From contig JARRLN010000004.1 of assembly GCA_037386965.1 (NCBI GenBank), forward strand, positions 197 through 64,196: DNA of 64,000 nt, given 5' to 3'. The stretch comes from Nitrospirota bacterium (GTDB lineage: Bacteria; Nitrospirota; Thermodesulfovibrionia; Thermodesulfovibrionales; JdFR-86). The notes under the pieces are model-generated. The model searched no databases. It worked only from the letters and a program-made list of their open reading frames with translations, and was not told where the DNA came from. Of the stretch, positions 63,008 to 64,000 are shown piece by piece; the stretch's first letter is position 1; every line of letters begins with the position of its first letter. The position numbers and the translations under genes were made by a program.

Positions 63008-63530
63008 TCTTCATCCCCCTGTAAATGTAATGGAGCCCCGAGAGCACCGTGAGCGCAGCGGTCAGAGCGATGAGCACTCCCTCCACGGACGGCGCCGGGC
63101 CGTAGTTTATCTTTAAGAGTACATAAACCAGGAGGATAAATTGAAGCGCGATGGCGGCCTTTCCCGATATGGTGGGCTCCACCCTCGGGGTTCCTCCCGC
63201 GAGGGAAAGGGCCGCCGCCCCGGTCACCACCAAGGCGTCACGGCTCACCACGACGATGGCGAGCCAGGCGGGCAGATACCCCCGGTAGGCGAGGTAGAGG
63301 AAGGAGCTTACGAGCATGAGCTTGTCGGCCACGGGGTCCAGCACCCTGCCCAGGGTGGTCTTCTCCCCCAGCCGCCGGGCCGCCAGGCCGTCCAGCGCGT
63401 CGGTGGCCGCGGCAAGGGCGAACACATAAAGGGCGAGGTCGTACCGGGCGTACTCAAGCGCGGTGATGAAGGCCGGGACGAGGACGATGCGAAGGGCGGT
63501 GAGGGCGTTGGCGAGGGTGAGGGCTTCCAC
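62997..63530 (-). CDS. pgsA: CDP-alcohol phosphatidyltransferase (PgsA-like)
   Basis: DALDGLAARRLGEKTTLGRVLDPVADK matches the D-x2-DG-x2-AR-x8-G-x3-D-x3-D signature. Confidence 0.88.
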   Translation of the reverse strand: MEALTLANALTALRIVLVPAFITALEYARYDLALYVFALAAATDALDGLAARRLGEKTTLGRVLDPVADKLMLVSSFLYLAYRGYLPAWLAIVVVSRDALVVTGAAALSLAGGTPRVEPTISGKAAIALQFILLVYVLLKINYGPAPSVEGVLIALTAALTVLSGLHYIYRGMKIAA

Positions 63531-63541
63531 GGGCCGGGCCT

Positions 63542-64000
63542 TCAGGGAATGGCCAGCGGGATGCCGTCCTGCCGGAGGCTCACGCCGAGCCTCCCGTAAC
63601 AGGCGCTCCGGGCTTCGCCCTCCATGGCGGCCTCAAGCGCCCGGGAGTGGCAGAGCTCCAGGGCGAAGCCCCACCGGGCGGCCTCCCGGCGGGCCGCCAG
63701 AACGCTCCTCATGGCCGCCCCCCCACGGCCTTCGAGAAACGCCAGCTCGGCCAGGGAGAGCCTCACGTAGACGAGCCCCCGGGGGTCCCTGGTCTTTTTG
63801 AAGAGTTTGCGGGCCTCAAGGAGATATTTCCGGGCGAGGGCGGCCCGGCCCACGGCCATATGGGTCTCGGCCAGGCTCCAGAGGGTGTAGGCGTAGCTCA
63901 CCTTGTCGCCGATGCGTCGATAGAGGCGGACGGCGCGGCGGAAGTGCCCGAGGGCGCCGGCATGGTCTCCGAGCATCCTCAGGGCATTGCCGATGCCGCA
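63542..64000 (-). CDS. TPR-repeat protein, 5'-truncated by the window edge
   Basis: ORF 63542..63976 has TPR-like helical repeats. The reading frame stays open to position 64000, so the true start probably lies outside the window. Confidence 0.6.
   Translation of the reverse strand, partial: CGIGNALRMLGDHAGALGHFRRAVRLYRRIGDKVSYAYTLWSLAETHMAVGRAALARKYLLEARKLFKKTRDPRGLVYVRLSLAELAFLEGRGGAAMRSVLAARREAARWGFALELCHSRALEAAMEGEARSACYGRLGVSLRQDGIPLAIP

Noticed and set aside
1-64000. Search for CRISPR arrays, tRNA/rRNA genes, IS elements/transposases, integrases, toxin-antitoxin or known defence-system genes.
   Set aside because: I noticed no spaced direct-repeat arrays, no T-loop (GGTTCGAATCC-like) motifs and no transposase, integrase or defence-type domains on either strand. 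This was a by-eye scan, so short or degenerate elements could be missed.

Overview
This is a 64-kb high-GC bacterial chromosomal segment (roughly 63-66% GC by eye). It is almost fully coding, with about 70 protein genes. I recognise no rRNA, tRNA, CRISPR array, IS element, integrase or prophage gene. Gene order from left to right: (1) a three-lipoprotein cluster (LPP20-like, COG3014-like, LpoB-like). (2) mdh, ndk, and an acyl-CoA dehydrogenase with etfB-etfA and fabD; EtfA carries an N-terminal ferredoxin domain. (3) lysA-dapF-dapA. (4) A deoxyhypusine-synthase-like / ferredoxin / membrane-protein operon. (5) A multi-TM PAS histidine kinase, a dual-receiver HisKA_2 hybrid kinase, and a PAS protein with a Cys-rich tail. 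(6) A nine-gene overlapping housekeeping operon: nnr-pgeF-CBS-tsaE-nadK-udg-HIT-recN-ferredoxin. (7) A 517-bp AT-richer structured non-coding island. (8) A HEAT-repeat + HD-GYP pair. (9) OMP-tatA-tatC. (10) mfd-rfaE-rseP-dxr and hsp20. (11) A small redox/sulfur island: DsrE-like, DUF134 regulator, DUF2892, cytochrome P460, PRTase, membrane c-type cytochrome. (12) A DUF763/PPC/nitroreductase cluster with two divergent leaderless small genes. (13) pstSCAB-phoU and phoBR. (14) rluD-rapZ-hpf-rpoN-lptBAC-aroE-DUF512-pgsA-TPR. The gene content suggests an anaerobic Thermodesulfobacteriota/Deltaproteobacteria-like or Nitrospirota-like organism, but I cannot assign it from sequence alone. Most long ORF-track entries not listed are antisense or out-of-frame shadows typical of high-GC DNA. 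The best leads for something undescribed are: (a) twelve phased Pho-box half-sites in three promoter modules, the distal one abutting a leaderless Cys-rich 71-aa ORF between phoR and pstS; (b) the structured AT-rich island between two convergent operons; (c) a recurring leaderless promoter architecture on genes of unknown function; (d) the HEAT/HD-GYP pair, which shares an N-terminal domain; (e) the DUF763-PPC cluster; (f) the DHS-like/ferredoxin/membrane operon. All functional calls rest on my recognition of motifs and family resemblance. No database search was run.
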